From positions 8,468,923 to 8,532,922 of the forward strand of contig NC_083449.1 in NCBI RefSeq assembly GCF_020745735.1: a stretch of DNA of 64,000 bases, given 5' to 3'. The DNA is from Hemiscyllium ocellatum (lineage: Eukaryota). Numbering within the stretch: position 1 is the stretch's first letter; each line of letters opens with the position of its first letter. The notes beneath the pieces were generated by a model that saw nothing but the letters and a program-made list of their open reading frames with translations, was not told where the DNA came from and did no database searches. A program made the position numbers and the translations under genes. Of the stretch, positions 23,770 through 36,800 are shown piece by piece.

Positions 23770-26340
23770 CGGGAAAAATTTCTGGCTGTAATAGCTATTC
23801 CTTTATTGAGGTATTTCAGGTGTTGGAGGTGATTTCCTTGAATTCCAGGAGCAGCAATTACTGTTTCATATGCTGTTGCATTGTTTTGGAACTTTGGGGA
23901 AAAAATGTCAAAAGAACAGCAGTTTTAAAAGGGAGAAGAACAGACAAAGGAAGCACATGGTGAGGACGGTGCAGGAGAGAGAGAGAGAACCTGCACAGTT
24001 ACTGCTTTTGCTGTTTTGAATTCATGTATCGCTGGACATCGGAGTGCATCTGGGAAAATTAACAGTGAATTTCACAAGTAATCTTGGAGGAACCGTTTTG
24101 GGCAAAGTTCACAGCACAGAATCAGAGAAGTTAATCGTTGTTTTAAGTGGGTCCAACAGAAAGGCTGTAGTAGTGATTAGATTTATTTCTTGATTATATG
24201 TTTTTGGAGACATGTCTCTTGATTAAACTTAAAATATAAGCCATAACTATTAATTTAACTTGTGGCAGTGTTTTGTTTAGAGGAATAAGACGGTGTTATT
24301 TTCTGGGTCTGTAGATTGTGAAGGAGCAAAAGTGGCCTTTAGTCCAGTGATATGTACTTCTTTTCAGATGTGGGAGTTTAAAGAGAGTTTAAGGGTTACT
24401 GCGGATTATATCTGGCATAAATGCTGTTGGATGTGAATCTTATCAGATCGAATGGATCAGATAGAGAGAAAGTAAGAAGCGATGAGGAATTTGCAACAGT
24501 ATGTGATTGATAGCAGTTATAGGAAGGGGAGGGGGGATGTCTCAATACAGTCACATAGATAGGTTAACTCCAGGAAAGGTAAGAGAGGTAGGCACGTAGT
24601 GCAGGAGTCTTTTGTGCACATACCTTTTTCAAACAGGTATGCTGCTTTGGAAAATGTAGGGGGTGATGGATTCTCAGGGGAATGTCGCACAAACAGCCAA
24701 GTTTCTGATATTGAGGCTGGCTCTAATGCAACGAGGGGTGCGTCGGCTTCCAAGAGATCAATTGTGTTAGGGGATTTTGTAGTCCGAGGTACAGACAGAT
24801 GTTTCTGTAGCCAGCAGTGAAAAAGAATACTGGGGTGTTGCTTCCCCGGTGCCAGGATCAAGGATGTCTCAGAGAGGGTGCAGAATGTTCTCACCGGGGA
24901 GTGGGGCCAGCAAGAGGACATTGTCCACATTGGAACCAACGACATAGGAAGGGAAAAGGTTAAGATTCTGATGGGAGATTACAGAGAGTTAGGCAGGAAT
25001 TTTAAAAGGAGGTCCTCAAGAGTAGTAATATCTGGATTACTTCCAGTGCTACAAGCTAGTGAGGGCAGGAATAGGAGGATAGAGCAGATGAATATATGTT
25101 CATCTTGGAGTGCAGTTACTAGCGTTGTACCACAAGGATCTGTTTTGGGACCATTGCTTTTTGTTATCTTTATAAATGATCTAGAGGAAGGGCTTGAAAG
25201 CTGGGTAAGCAAGTTTGCGGATGACACAAAAGTCGGTGGAGTTGTGGATAGTGAGGAAGGAAGTGGTAGGTTACAGCGGGATATAGATAAGTTGCAGAGC
25301 TGGGCAGAAATGTGGCAAATGGAATTCAATGTAGCTAAGTGTGAAGTCATTCACTTTGGTAGGAGTAACAAGAAGATGGATTACTGGGCTAATGGTAGGC
25401 TACTTGGTAGTGTGGATGAGCAGAGGGATCTTGGTGTCCATGTACACAGATCTCTGAAAGTTGCCACCCAGGTAAATAGTGCTGTGAGGAAGACATATGG
25501 TGTACTGGGCTTTATTGGTAGAGGAATTGAGTTCCAGAGTCCAGAGGTCATGTTGCGATTGTATAAGACTCTGGTGCGCCCTCATCTGGAGTATTGTGTG
25601 CAGTTTTGGTCGCCATACTATAGGAAGGATGTGGAGGCATTGGAACGAGTGCAGAGGAGGTTTACCAGGATGTTGCCTGGAATGGTAGGAAAATCTTATG
25701 AGGAAAGGCTGAGGCACTTTGGGCTGTTCTCATTGGAGAAGAGAAGGTTTAGGGGAGATTTGATAGAGGTGTATAAGATGATTAGGGGTTTAGATAGGGT
25801 CGACACTGAGAACCTTTTACCGCTAATGGAGTCAGGTGTTACTAGGGGACACAGCTTTAAATTAAGGGGTGGTAGTATAGGACAGATGTTAGGGGTAGAT
25901 TCTTTACATAGCGGGTTGTGAGTTCATGGAATGCCCTGCCAGTAGCAGTGGTGAACTCTCCTTCTTTATGGTCATTTAAGCAGGCATTGGATAGGCATTT
26001 GGAAGTTATTGGGCTAGTGTAGATTAGGTAGGATTCGGTCGGCGCAACATCGAGGGCCGAAGGGCCTGTACTGCGCTGTATCTTTCTATGTTCTATGTTC
26101 TATGTTCTATGGCTGAGGAGCTGGTATATGGGAGAAGGGTTCACATTTTTGGATCATTTTAATCTCTTTTGGGGTAGAAGTGACCTGTATAAGAAGGACA
26201 GATTTCACCTAAAGAGGAAGGGTACTAATATACAGGCAGGGAGATTTGCTGGATTTGCTTGGGAGGATATAAACTAGTAAGGTGGGACCCAGGGAGATAG
26301 TGAGGAAAGAGCTCAATCTGAGACTGGTACGGTTGAGATA
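23770..26340 (+). mobile_element. CR1 5' region and ORF1 (esterase), interrupted by a second CR1
   Basis: NRYAALE, IVLGDFVVRGTD, IVHIGTNDIG, RIEQMN then, after the insertion, WLRSWYMGEGFTFLDH. Confidence 0.8.
25095..26110 (+). mobile_element. CR1 ORF2 3' fragment nested in ORF1 of another CR1
   Basis: VPQGSVLGPLLF, KFADDTKV, PHLEYCVQFWSP; tail (TCTATGT)n at 26085-26110. Confidence 0.92.
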
Positions 26341-26838
26341 AAGTTTACTGGGATGATGTCTGGTAAGGAAAGATTGGCTTATAGAGCAATGGCTAAACAG
26401 GTTGGTATTCAACTCGCGGAGTATAGAAGAATGAAAGGTGATCTCAGTGAAACATATAGGGGCTTAACAGGGTCAATGATGATCGGATGTTTTCCCCTCA
26501 TGTGACAGTCTAGGGCCAAAGGGCACAGTCTCAGAATGAAGGGGCACTGATTGAAAAGTGAGATGAGGGCAAATTTCTTCTCTCAGAGAGTTGAGGGTCT
26601 TTAGAACTCCTTGCTATCGAGAGCTGTGTGGGGACAGAGTCCTTGTGCAAATTGAAGGCTGAGACAGATCAATCTGGGAATCACGAGAAAGAGCAGGAAA
26701 GGGGTCATAAGGAATGTTTGATCAGCCACAATCCCATTGGATGGCACACCAGCATATCAACACGATTGGACAATCTCAGGATGATCAGAACTTCAAGAAT
26801 TTATCATCAAATTTGGATCCGAGAATGCTTTACAAAGT

Positions 26839-27165
26839 GGGAGGTGATGGCCTAGTCATATTATTAATTGCTAATCCAGTGAACCGGGTTCAAATCCCGC
26901 CATAGCAGATAGTGGAATTTGGAGCCACTTAATAAAAATCTTGAATTCAGAATCTAATGATGCCCGTAAATTAACTGCTGATTGTCAGGGGAAAAAATAC
27001 CTGGTTCTCTAATGTCCTTTAGGGCAGGATATCTCCAACAGTTCTCAATCTGACCTACAAGTGACTCCAGACCCACAGCAACATTGTTTTCCTCTGGACA
27101 ATTAGGGATGGGCAATAGTTGTCGGCATAGCTAGCATCACCTATAACCCGAAAACACCTAAAAAA
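26839..27165 (+). mobile_element. tRNA-derived SINE, second family
   Basis: GGGAGGTGATGGCCTAGT...GGTTCAAATCCC head; related copies at ~42685-43065 (-), ~50590-50850 (+) and ~61400-61930 (-); tail shared with the LINE end at ~30910-30970. Confidence 0.7.
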
Positions 27166-27249
27166 TTGTAATGGGATGGAATATCAAGGCAACAACTTAT
27201 TCATCAATTATAATACAATGCAAGCGATAATACAGATGTTATGAAGACT

Positions 27250-28060
27250 GGCTGGATGATTTACAGTGAGGGAGAAGGTGTGAGAATACAGGTGGATCAG
27301 TCAGATGGGCAGATCAACGACAGATATAGTTGAACGCTGGTTAAGTGAAGCACTTTGGAAGAAGGGATGAGACAAGGGCATACTCAGTGAGTAGTAGGAC
27401 ACTTGGAACACAGGGGTCTTGGGGCGTTTGTCCACAGATCTCTGGAGGTGGCAGGACAGTTTAATAGGACGGTTAAGAAGGCATAGGGGACATTTGCCGT
27501 TGTCAGTGAAGGAATAGATTATAAGAGCCAGATAGAGTGGGATGGGACTTTGGTGAGGCCACAGCTGAAGCATTGTGTGCAGTTCCAGTCCCCGCACAAT
27601 AGGAAGGATGTGATTGGACAGGAGATGGTGCAGACGAGATTCCCTCGGATGCTGTCTGATTTAAGTTGTTTACTTTGGAACAGAGTAGCCTAAGGGGCAA
27701 TCTTTTAGAGGTTTGTGAGATTAAGATTAACATGTATAGGGAGGGGCGGGGTAGAGGAAGCAGCTGTTCTGCTAAGTCGAAGGGTCAATAACCAAGGACG
27801 GGAGACATCATTCTAAAATGAAATACAGGAGGTTTAGAGAGGGGTTTGAGGATAGTTTCACACAGAGGGTAGGAGAATTTGGATGGCACTACGTGAGAGG
27901 GCGGATGATTTGGGAAACCTCTCAATCTTTAAAATGCTCCTCGTCATCCACTTGCAATGTTATAAAATTCAAGGTTATTGACCGAGTGCAGGATAGTGTG
28001 AATAGTGTAGATAAATCAGTGCAGAGCAGATGGGCTGAAGGATCCCTTCTGTACTGTATC
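27250..28060 (+). mobile_element. CR1 ORF2 3' fragment, old
   Basis: Decayed LVRPQLKHCVQF motif and GGGCTGAAGGATC...CTGTACTGTA tail. Confidence 0.7.
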
Positions 28061-28445
28061 TAACCAGGACTCCATGATTCACTCACTAACGTAAGTGAAA
28101 AGCTGAATTAATTTTGAAGTGAAATTGACTCGTTCAATAGGACATCCCTCTTTCTATTGTAAATGGGAAGAGTGAGCAAACTGTGGGAGATGGTGAGGCT
28201 GGTTTGACACTGCTTTCATAATCAGCTGTGCCCTCATCAATGTTTCAGATGTGACAGAGCGTATGATGCTGCCCTGTAAAGGACAGAATGTGACACAGTG
28301 TAGCATGGAAAGGACATGCCCCAACGCAGGATGAGGCCCAGGGTAGGATGTAAGCTCGGTGTAGTGTGAGGTATGGTGTAGTCTGAGCTGCAAATGTGTT
28401 GCTGGTCAAAGCACAGCAGGCCAGGCAGCATCTCAGGAATAGAGA

Positions 28446-28481
28446 ATTCGACGTTTCGAGCATAAGCCCTTCATCAGGAAT
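28446..28481 (-). ncRNA. Minimal type I hammerhead ribozyme motif (left arm)
   Basis: Reverse complement identical to 29066-29101. Confidence 0.75.
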
Positions 28482-29065
28482 AAGAGAGAGAGCCAAGCAG
28501 GCTAAGATAAAAGGTAGGGAGGAGGGACTAGGGGGAGGGGCGATGGAGGTGGGATAGGTGGAAGGAGGTCAAGGTGAGGGTGATAGGCCGGAGTGGGGTG
28601 GGGGCGGAGAGGTCAGGAAGAGGATTGCAGGTTAGGAGGGCGGTACTGAGTTGAGGGAACCGACTGAGACAAGGTGGGGGGAGGGGAAATGAGGAAACTG
28701 GAGAAATCTGAATTCATCCCTTGTGGCTGGAGGGTTCCCAGGCGGAAGATGAGGCGCTCCTCCTGTGCAACACGACGGCTGGAGGAGGAGCGCCTCATCT
28801 TCCGCCTGGGAACCCTCCAGCCACAAGGGATGAATTCAGATTTCTCCAGTTTCCTCATTTCCCCTCCCCCCACCGTGTCTCAGTCGGTTCCCTCAACTCA
28901 GTACCGCCCTCCTAACCTGCAATCCTCTTCCTGACCTCTCCGCCCCCACCCCACTCCGGCCTATCACCCTCACCTTGACCTCCTTCCACCTATCCCACCT
29001 CCATCGCCCCTCCCCCTAGTCCCTCCTCCCTACCTTTTATCTTAGCCTGCTTGGCTCTCTCTCTT

Positions 29066-29101
29066 ATTCCTGATGAAGGGCTTATGCTCGAAACGTCGAA
29101 T
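29066..29101 (+). ncRNA. Minimal type I hammerhead ribozyme motif (right arm)
   Basis: ATTC-CTGATGA-A-GGGC TTAT GCTC-GAAA-CG-TC-GAAT: intact core, 4-bp stem I, 4-bp stem II, palindromic ACGT stem III; predicted cut after C29097. Confidence 0.75.
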
Positions 29102-30479
29102 TCCCTATTCCTGAGATGCTGCCTGGCCTGCTGTGCTTTGACCAGCAACACATTTGCAGCTGTGATCTCCAGCATCTGCAGACCTCATTTTTTACATGGT
29201 GTAGTCTGAGGCCCAGTGTAAGGTGAGGCCCAGTATAGGATGCGGCCCAGTTTAGGATGAGGCTCACTTTAGAGTGTTTCCCAGTTTACAATGGCACCCA
29301 GTGTATGATGTTTCTCAGTTTAGAATGGGGCCTAGTGTAGGATTAGACCTAGTTTGGGATGTGGCCTAACTTAGGATGAAGCCAGTTTGCAACAAGGATG
29401 CTTCTAAATCTGCAATGTGTCACTGTGTAGGGTGTGGCCTAGTTTAGGATGTGCCACTGTGTAGGAAACATCCAGGTTTATGATGTTTCCCAGTTTAGTA
29501 TGAAGCACAGTTGAGAATGAACAGCAATTTAGGATGATGCACAGTGTAAGATGAGGGTTAGTTTGACACTTGGCCCAGTTTAGGCTGAGGCTCAGTTTGG
29601 GATGTCGTCCAGTTTAGTGTGAGGCCCATTTTAGGATGTTGCTCAGTTTAGGATGAGATCTATTTTGAGATGTGGCCTAGTTTAGTTTGAGGCCCAAGTT
29701 GGGATGTGGGCCAATTTATGATGAAGCCCAGCCTAGTCAGCGAAGTAGGTAAAGCTCTTAGAACAAGGGGTCATGAAACCAGGTCAAAGATCAGTCGTGC
29801 AACTGACTGGAAAGTGAGCAGAATCGAGAGGCCGAACAGTCTTCTCCTGCTACGATTTATTTTGGTCCTGATGGTCAACATTAAAATCAGGAGAGCCTGA
29901 GAATTCCTTTCCTTGGGAAGTGGGATGGAAAGCCACAATGCCTCGCCGCACCCCTTGAAACATGATGAATGGAACAAAGTGCAGTACAATATATCGTGCG
30001 CGCTCTCTGCAAAAAGGAATGTGGTTCGACACAGAGTACGTATATGATCACTTGACATTTACATACCAATGGTCACCACTTCCAGAGGTTCACTTGGTGA
30101 AAAAAGGTTCCCAATTTGACACAGAGGCAAGCCTTCAGTTTTACTTCCACTGAAGTCATAAGATTTAACCTTGGAAAAGTTGTTCTTATATCAGGTAGCC
30201 TTTATAAATCCGTTGTTGCATTGACAGTTCAGAGTTAACCACTCCTCTTCTTAGCTGACACTATCCCTAGGATTAGTTATGACAGCCTCTGCAAATTGGC
30301 CTGCAGAACAATGATAACATGCATTTCTAATGAGTAAAACTTTAATTTAAGGCTTTCACTCTTCATTACAGTTCATGCCTTTGGTTTTTCTGCCCAACGC
30401 AAAATCTGCATTTGGTCGATTAATCAATGTTTCTCCTCAAATCCTGATCGTCATTGACAAGGCACAATTCAGGGGCCAG

Positions 30480-30970
30480 GAGAGGTCATACTGCCTGGGT
30501 GGATGCAGCTCGAACAACACTCGAGAAGCTCGACACCATCCAGGGAAAAAAGCAGTTCCCGCACCACATCCATGAACATTCATTGCCCCCTTCACTGACA
30601 CTCACTGGCAACAGTGTGTGCCATTGACAAGGTGTACTGCAGAAATTCACCAAAGATTTTAAGAAAGCATCTTCCAAACCCATAGCCACTTCCATCCAGA
30701 AGGACACAGTATACAGATAAATGGGAACAGCATCCCCTGCAAATTCCACTCTGAGCCACTCACCACCCTGACTTGGAAATACAGCAGCTGCTCCTTCAGT
30801 GTTGCTGGGTCAAAATCATGGAATTCCTTCCCTCAGGGCATTGTGGGTCTATCTACAGCATGTCGACTGCGGTGGTTAAAGAAGGCTGCTCAGCATCACC
30901 TTCTCAAGTGGGCAACTAGGGTCAGTGACAATACATGATGGGCCCAGCTAGCGACGCCCGTGTCCCATCA
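30480..30970 (+). mobile_element. LINE 3' end (CR1/L2-like family distinct from the main CR1s)
   Basis: Decayed ORF end ...GSKSWNSFP and a tail shared with the second SINE family; inverted related copy at ~44420-44745. Confidence 0.6.
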
Positions 30971-30984
30971 GCAGAAATGATCTT

Positions 30985-31920
30985 CAGTGGGACCCCATCT
31001 CTGCAAAGATTGTGTAGGGGTCACTGTTAGAGATATGGTCATGGGCAGATGCATTTGCAGCTGGCAACTTGTTAAGGATGAGGTCAGGTTGTTTTTCCCT
31101 TATGTTAATTCCCACTTCACATGCTGCAGACCCTGTCTAGCAGCAGTGTTCTTTAAGACCCGACCAGCTCGAATGGTAGTGCTGCTGCCCAGCCACTGTT
31201 AGTGGTGGACGCTGAAATCGCCCACCCAGGTTACATTTTGTGCCCTTGTCGTCCTCAGTGTTTCGTCTAGATTTCGTTCAAAATGAAGGAATGCCGATTC
31301 ATCAGTTGAGGAAGCTGAAAATATGTTGCTGGAAAGGTGCAGCAGGTCAGGCAGCATCCAAGGAGCAGGAGAATCGACGTTTCGGGCATGAGCCCTTCTT
31401 CAGGAAAGCTGCTTTGTTATATGTTGGAATGCTCCAGTAATTTCTTTGTTGGCTCTGATCTCCAACATCTGCAGTCCTCACTTTCTCCTATCAGTTGAGG
31501 AAGCATCAAGTATGTGATTTTCTTGACCATGTTTGATCTGAAGCCATGAAAACTCATGTTGTCCGGAGTCAATGTTGAGGACTCACCGGGTAACTCCCTT
31601 TGGACTGTATCTCACTGTGCAGGATGTGTCTTGCTGTGGGAGAGGACATATCAAGGTATGGCAATGGTGGTTTCTGGGACATTGTCTGCAAGTTATGATT
31701 CAGGTGAGTACGACGATGACTCTTCCAGTTTTGGCACTCGCCCCTAGATGGTAGTGAGGAGGTCTCTACAGGGTCGACAGAGCTGCTTCTGCCATTGTTT
31801 TTTCTGGTTTCTAGTTTGATACCATGTAATCCGTCTGGTTTAGGTACTTCGTTGATACTTCATAGCGATGGATACAACTGAATAGCTTTCTCGGCCATTT
31901 GAAAGGTCAGTTAAAGATCA
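30985..31920 (-). mobile_element. Decayed LINE internal fragment
   Basis: Minus strand reads ...WVGDFSVHH*QWLGSSTTIRAGR, like a LINE AP-endonuclease GDFN region. Confidence 0.5.
31316..31489. mobile_element. Penelope-like family A mini insertion with an intact hammerhead core (31372-31407, minus strand)
   Basis: Minus strand TTTC-CTGAAGA-A-GGGC TCAT GCCC-GAAA-CG-TC-GATT; ATCAGTTGAGGAAGC duplicated at 31301-31315 and 31490-31504. Confidence 0.85.
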
Positions 31921-32439
31921 ACCCTGATAAATAGTTGCAGGACTCGACATGTTGTTGTTTCTCTCTGTGTCCACAGATACTATCAGACCTACTGAGTTCA
32001 TCCAGTACTTTTTGTGTTTACAACCTGTAACGTTAATTCTGTTTCTCTCTCCATAGGTGATGGTGGACCTGCTGAGTTTCTCCAGTAATCTCTTTGTATA
32101 TACGCTGTAACGTTAATTCTGTTCCTCTCACTCTCTTATGCCTCTCTCTCTGTCTCCCCACTGACCTGCTAAAACGTTGAAATTTGGCACGTTTGCTTTC
32201 CTGTCCTGATTAATATGAGACACGAAATCTCAAACAGAATCGGATTCATTCTCTTTGAGCAGTACTGCCAAGTGAGTATCGGCAAAGATTCCCAACTTCC
32301 CAAAGTGTCTGATATCTACTTAAGGAAAGGGCGGGGGTGGGGGGTGGGGGAGGGGTGGTTGATGGTGTCAAGGTCAATGAGATTCACGTTCGAATGTTTG
32401 AAAAGGAACATGTCATTAGAACATTGCTTAGTTCCAGAT

Positions 32440-32650
32440 CATGGCAAATTCACCACAGTCTTATCAGATCATTGGGCTATTCTCCCATTACAGAGAGATG
32501 ACTGAGTGATGGTTTAACCAGACCGTCACCAGTCCTCAGGAGACAGGAGAGGTTGAGAAGGAGAGTCTTTCACGGCAACCTCAGTTGGTGTGGGAATTGA
32601 ATCCTCGCTGTTGGCGTTCCAACATATTACAATGCAGCTTTCCAAGCTCC
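32440..32650 (-). mobile_element. tRNA-derived SINE, third family
   Basis: Homologous to the + strand copy at ~63060-63250 (GCCAACAG...TCAATT...CATGAAGGA.TCTC...CCTGAG...GGTGA); partial copy near 46400-46525. Confidence 0.55.
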
Positions 32651-33339
32651 AATAAACTCCACCCTCTGTCTGAGGCAGGAATAGGAGCTGAACTGGAAAA
32701 GGGGGTAATTACAACTCAAATAGTCTTAACTCACACCCAAACCCAACATCACTGAAGCCAAAGATGCTGATTTATCGCAAAGATTTATCTTATGAGAAAT
32801 GATTGAGCAGTTTAGGCCGATACTCTCTCAAGTTTAGAGAAATGAGAGGAGATCTAACTGAGAGATATAGGATGCTAAAGGGGGGTTGACAAAGGAAATG
32901 GAGAGAGGATGCTTCCTCATGTGTGACAATCTAGAACGAGAGGTTATCGTTTCAGGAGCAGGGATTAGGACAGAGTGAAAATAGAGATTGGCTTCTGTCA
33001 AAGGGAGTCGTGAATCTATGGGAATATACCTCAACCCAGAGTGTGTGGGGTATGCTGGGACACTGAATAAACTGAAGGAGGATATAGATTTTTAATCAGT
33101 GACGGGTTAAAGGAAGAGAGGGCAAGAAAATGGAGTTGAGACTGTGATGGGATGAGCATGCTCCCATGAGGATGAAATGGCCAGCTGTTTCTAGCCCTTA
33201 TGTATTTATGATGTGCCATGAATAACAATGGAGAATTTCCACGCGATGTGAGTACCGAGGGACAATGCCAATAGCAAATACAATCAATCCTCAACACTGA
33301 GGATTCATAGGGACACACAATCCCTAAAACGTAGAAACA

Positions 33340-33810
33340 AGCCATTCGACCCACCAACTACACAGCAACCTTCTGCAGGGCATCATGCCCATACCAATCT
33401 CCCCACCCTACCCCTACAACCCTGCACTTACTATGGCTAATCCAGCTAACTGACACATCTCTGAACACAATGGGCAATTTCCCATGGCTAATCCACCTAA
33501 CCTGATTTGGAGATGCTGGTGTTGGACTGGGGTGTGTAAAGTTAAAAATCACACAACACCAGGTTATAGTCCAACAGGTTTAATTGGAAGCACACTAGCT
33601 TTCGGAGCGACACTCCTTCATCAGGTGATAACCTGCACATCTTTGGCTTTTGGAAGGAAACAGGAGCACCCAGATCAAACCCATTCAGACACGGGGAGAA
33701 TGTACAAATTCCACACAGACCATCATATGAGGATGTGATTGAACCCGGGTCCCTGGAGCTGTGAGACGGCAATGTTAACCAACAAGTCAACGTGGCAACC
33801 TTCTCGTGTG
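33340..33810 (-). mobile_element. HE1-type SINE interrupted by a PLE family B fragment
   Basis: SINE core on both sides of 33505-33628; TAACCTG duplicated at 33498-33504 and 33629-33635. Confidence 0.8.
33593..33627 (-). ncRNA. Minimal hammerhead ribozyme motif, family B design
   Basis: Minus strand CAC-CTGATGA-A-GGAG TGTCG CTCC-GAAA-GC-TA-GTG: intact core, palindromic AGCT stem III. Confidence 0.7.
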
Positions 33811-36800
33811 ATCTGCCACTCAATTGTTGATCTGTGGCCTAAATCCATAGAATGCCTTTTGCCCCTACCTTAGTGAAGGTAATTTCTCTCAGAAAACTAA
33901 TGTCTGTCCCAGCCTTCACAGTGGTTTGTTGGCGACAGGCAAAATCCTCTCCCTCCCTTTGTGTGTAAATGATGCAATGTAACATTTTCAATGTACCATA
34001 TACATCCAGATTTGAAACCCTTCTTACTGTTAAAAGAAAAGAGAGCGAATTTACCATCACTTCTAAAAAAAGTTCTCATTTTCGATTGTAAACTCTGTGA
34101 GATGATGCACATACCCGTGCGATCATATGTCATTTGGTTGAAGAGCAATCTGCTGTTTGAAATCCTGAAGCCACGGATTTTGGGGCAGCATTCATGTTTG
34201 TTAAAGGGGTACACCGTTTGTTTTTATCCTGAGTTTGTACGTTTGTATTAGAAGCACCGCAGCCCGCGAGAAAATGATGCATTGCATTTCAGGGACGCCA
34301 CAGATTGGTTTCCAAATGGGAAGCTGAGTTCAGAACCAGGGAGTATTTTACAATGGAGAATAGACGAGGAAGTGGGAGATTTTAACGCAGAAGTGATAGG
34401 AAAGGGTCATGGGGACAGAGCTTCATTGAATGGAGATGCCTGTTCACCCTGATTGGATGGAAGCTCAGGGCATCTCACAATGGTATCATAGGATCATCCA
34501 GTCCAAGAACAGGCTCTTCCGCCCATCTTGTCCATGCCAACCAGGTTTCCCAAATTAAAGTAATCCCGCCTGCCTGCAGTTTGGCCCCTCTAAACCATTC
34601 CAATCCATGTCCCTGTCCAAATAGGTTTTAAATGTTGTAATTGTATATGTCTCTCCTAATTCCCCCAGTAGCTTGGTCCTTATATGCACCACCCTCTGTT
34701 TGACAAAGTCCCCCCTCAGGTACCTTTTAACCCTTTGCTCGCTGAAACTAAACTGATGCCCTCTAGTTTTTGATCAAGGCAATATAGAAATTGGTTGACA
34801 GCACATGATAACGAATATAAACTTTAATACAATAGACTCTGACATGAAAGGAGAAGACCTTTGACACATCTAGACTGTACCTACCAACACTTAACAATGT
34901 TCCCAATCACGGGGCGGTGGTGAACAGAACAGTTGGGGGGGGGGTGTCACAGTCTAAAGGAGACAGGTTAGGACTGAGATGGGGAGAAGTGTATTCACCC
35001 AGAGAGTGGGGAACCTGTAGAATTCTCTGCCACAGAAAACATTCAGGGCCAGAACATGGAAGTGCCCCCTCCTCTCTCTCTTCTCAGTCCTGTCACCATC
35101 CCTTTCTCTCTCTCAATTCTGCCTTTAGCCTTTTCTGCCCTCAATTCTACCCTCATCTCTCTCTCTCTCCCTCAATCCTGTCCTCTCTCTCTATCTGTCT
35201 CACCCCACCCTCCTCTCTTACAAACATTTTAAACTCAAGCTTGAACACACAAAACAATCTGAATTATTTTAGCTCCTCCTGGCATTGGCATCGCATTAAT
35301 CCTAGAGACCAGCACACACAATGTTTCATTTAGATGTAAACCTGTAACAACTTCATACAGAAAACAAACACGCAAAACACCTTACAATGCATCATCGAAT
35401 GGAATCCAGACATAATGTCGACCTCTCTCTCTCTGGGAGGGTAAATCCTTCAGGGACGCAAATAATTTCTCCTCTGGACTTCTTGAAAAATGAAGTAAAT
35501 GGGTTTGTGGCTTCATTGAGCAGGGAATGAGGCCATTCTGTCCATCTACCAGTGCCGAATACTTGAAACCTGTGACAATCCATCTCCCTGAATCGGTTGC
35601 AAACTGGTTTCTCCCTACCTTCCTCTGTTCTCATAATTTTCTCGCTTTAACTGTGGCGAGTAAAGGGAGATCAGCATACGTACAGTCATACAGCATGGAA
35701 ACAGACTGTTTTTCCTAGGCACAACTAGACCATGCTGACCAGGTTTCCCAAACCGAGCTAGACCCATTTGCTTGTGATTGGAACCTCTCCTGCTCAGCCT
35801 GTCTAATCGAATCCAATATAATCCAATACAAATTTCTTTTAAAGGTTGTAATTTTAAATAATGCTATCACCTTCTCTGGCAATTCATTCCAAAAAAGCAC
35901 CATCATTTGTGAGAAAAATAAAGGTACTTCTCAGAACCTTTTAAATCTTTCTCATCTCACCTTAAACCTATGCCCTCTAGCTTTGGACTTCCTTCACCTG
36001 GGGTAAAGACTTTGGATATTCACCCTATCCATGTCCCTCCTGATCTTAGAAACTTTTATAAGGTTATCCCTCAGCCTCATAAACTCCAGTGTTAAGAAAT
36101 CCCAGCCTATCCAGCCTCAACCTACAACTCAAACTCTCCAGTCCTTGTCAATCTTTATTGCACCCTTTCCAGTTTAATAACATCCTTCCAGTAGCATCTC
36201 AGGCATTGCTAGTTCATTCATTGGACGAGTTGTCACGAAGATCAATCTCTCCAATTGATTCATCGAAGAGAGTGAATTGCCTCCAGTTTTCCCTCTCCTT
36301 TCTCTCCCATCAGAATGCCAGACAAACATGTCTGACTTCTGCTCAGCCTTTCCAAAGGGTACATAACCCTGCAGGGATTGAGCCTCCCACTCCAGCAACC
36401 AGGGAGACAATTCAAAGGGGGAGATTAGGATCTGGCTTCTGCACTTTGGTCTGCAGCTCTGAACCATCAGCTGTGGGGTCACAGGGAAATTCTAGCGGCG
36501 TCTGTGGGATGACATTGGGTTAGAGGGAACAGGAAATGATGCTAACCACCCAGATACAAGTCTAATGGACTGCCTGCAACTGATACACAAAGAAAGGGGA
36601 ACTAAGCCTCACCAGTTGACACAACGAGTTCCTTATCTGACAGAAACACTTGCTAGCAAGGCAAAAGATAGAAGTGGAGTCAACCCACTCAAAAATGATT
36701 CTCTCTCTCTGCACAGATGTTGCCAGACCCGCTGGGTTTCTGCAACATGTTGTGTTTATAACCTATGATATAACTTTGTTTTATCTCTCTCTCTCTTTCT

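Larger units (their letters stand above)
28388..29195. mobile_element. Young Penelope-like insertion forming a 379-bp-arm inverted repeat
   Basis: 28386-28764 is the reverse complement of 28783-29161 (2 mismatches seen); encodes RRLEEERLIFRLGTLQPQGMNSDF (C-terminus of a PLE GIY-YIG domain); ATGGTGTAGTCTGAG duplicated at 28373-28387 and 29196-29210. Confidence 0.92.
28255..29735 (+). repeat. 18-bp minisatellite (consensus ~GTTTAGGATGAGGCCCA), interrupted by the PLE palindrome
   Basis: Units such as AGTATAGGATGCGGCCC, AGTTTAGGATGAGGCTC and AGTTTGGGATGTGGCCT repeat at ~18-bp period on both sides of 28388-29195. Confidence 0.85.

Noticed and set aside
24878-25921. 347-aa esterase-RT fusion ORF as a new gene
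   Set aside because: Chance in-frame junction where one CR1 3' fragment inserted into ORF1 of another; GTG start, both domains incomplete.
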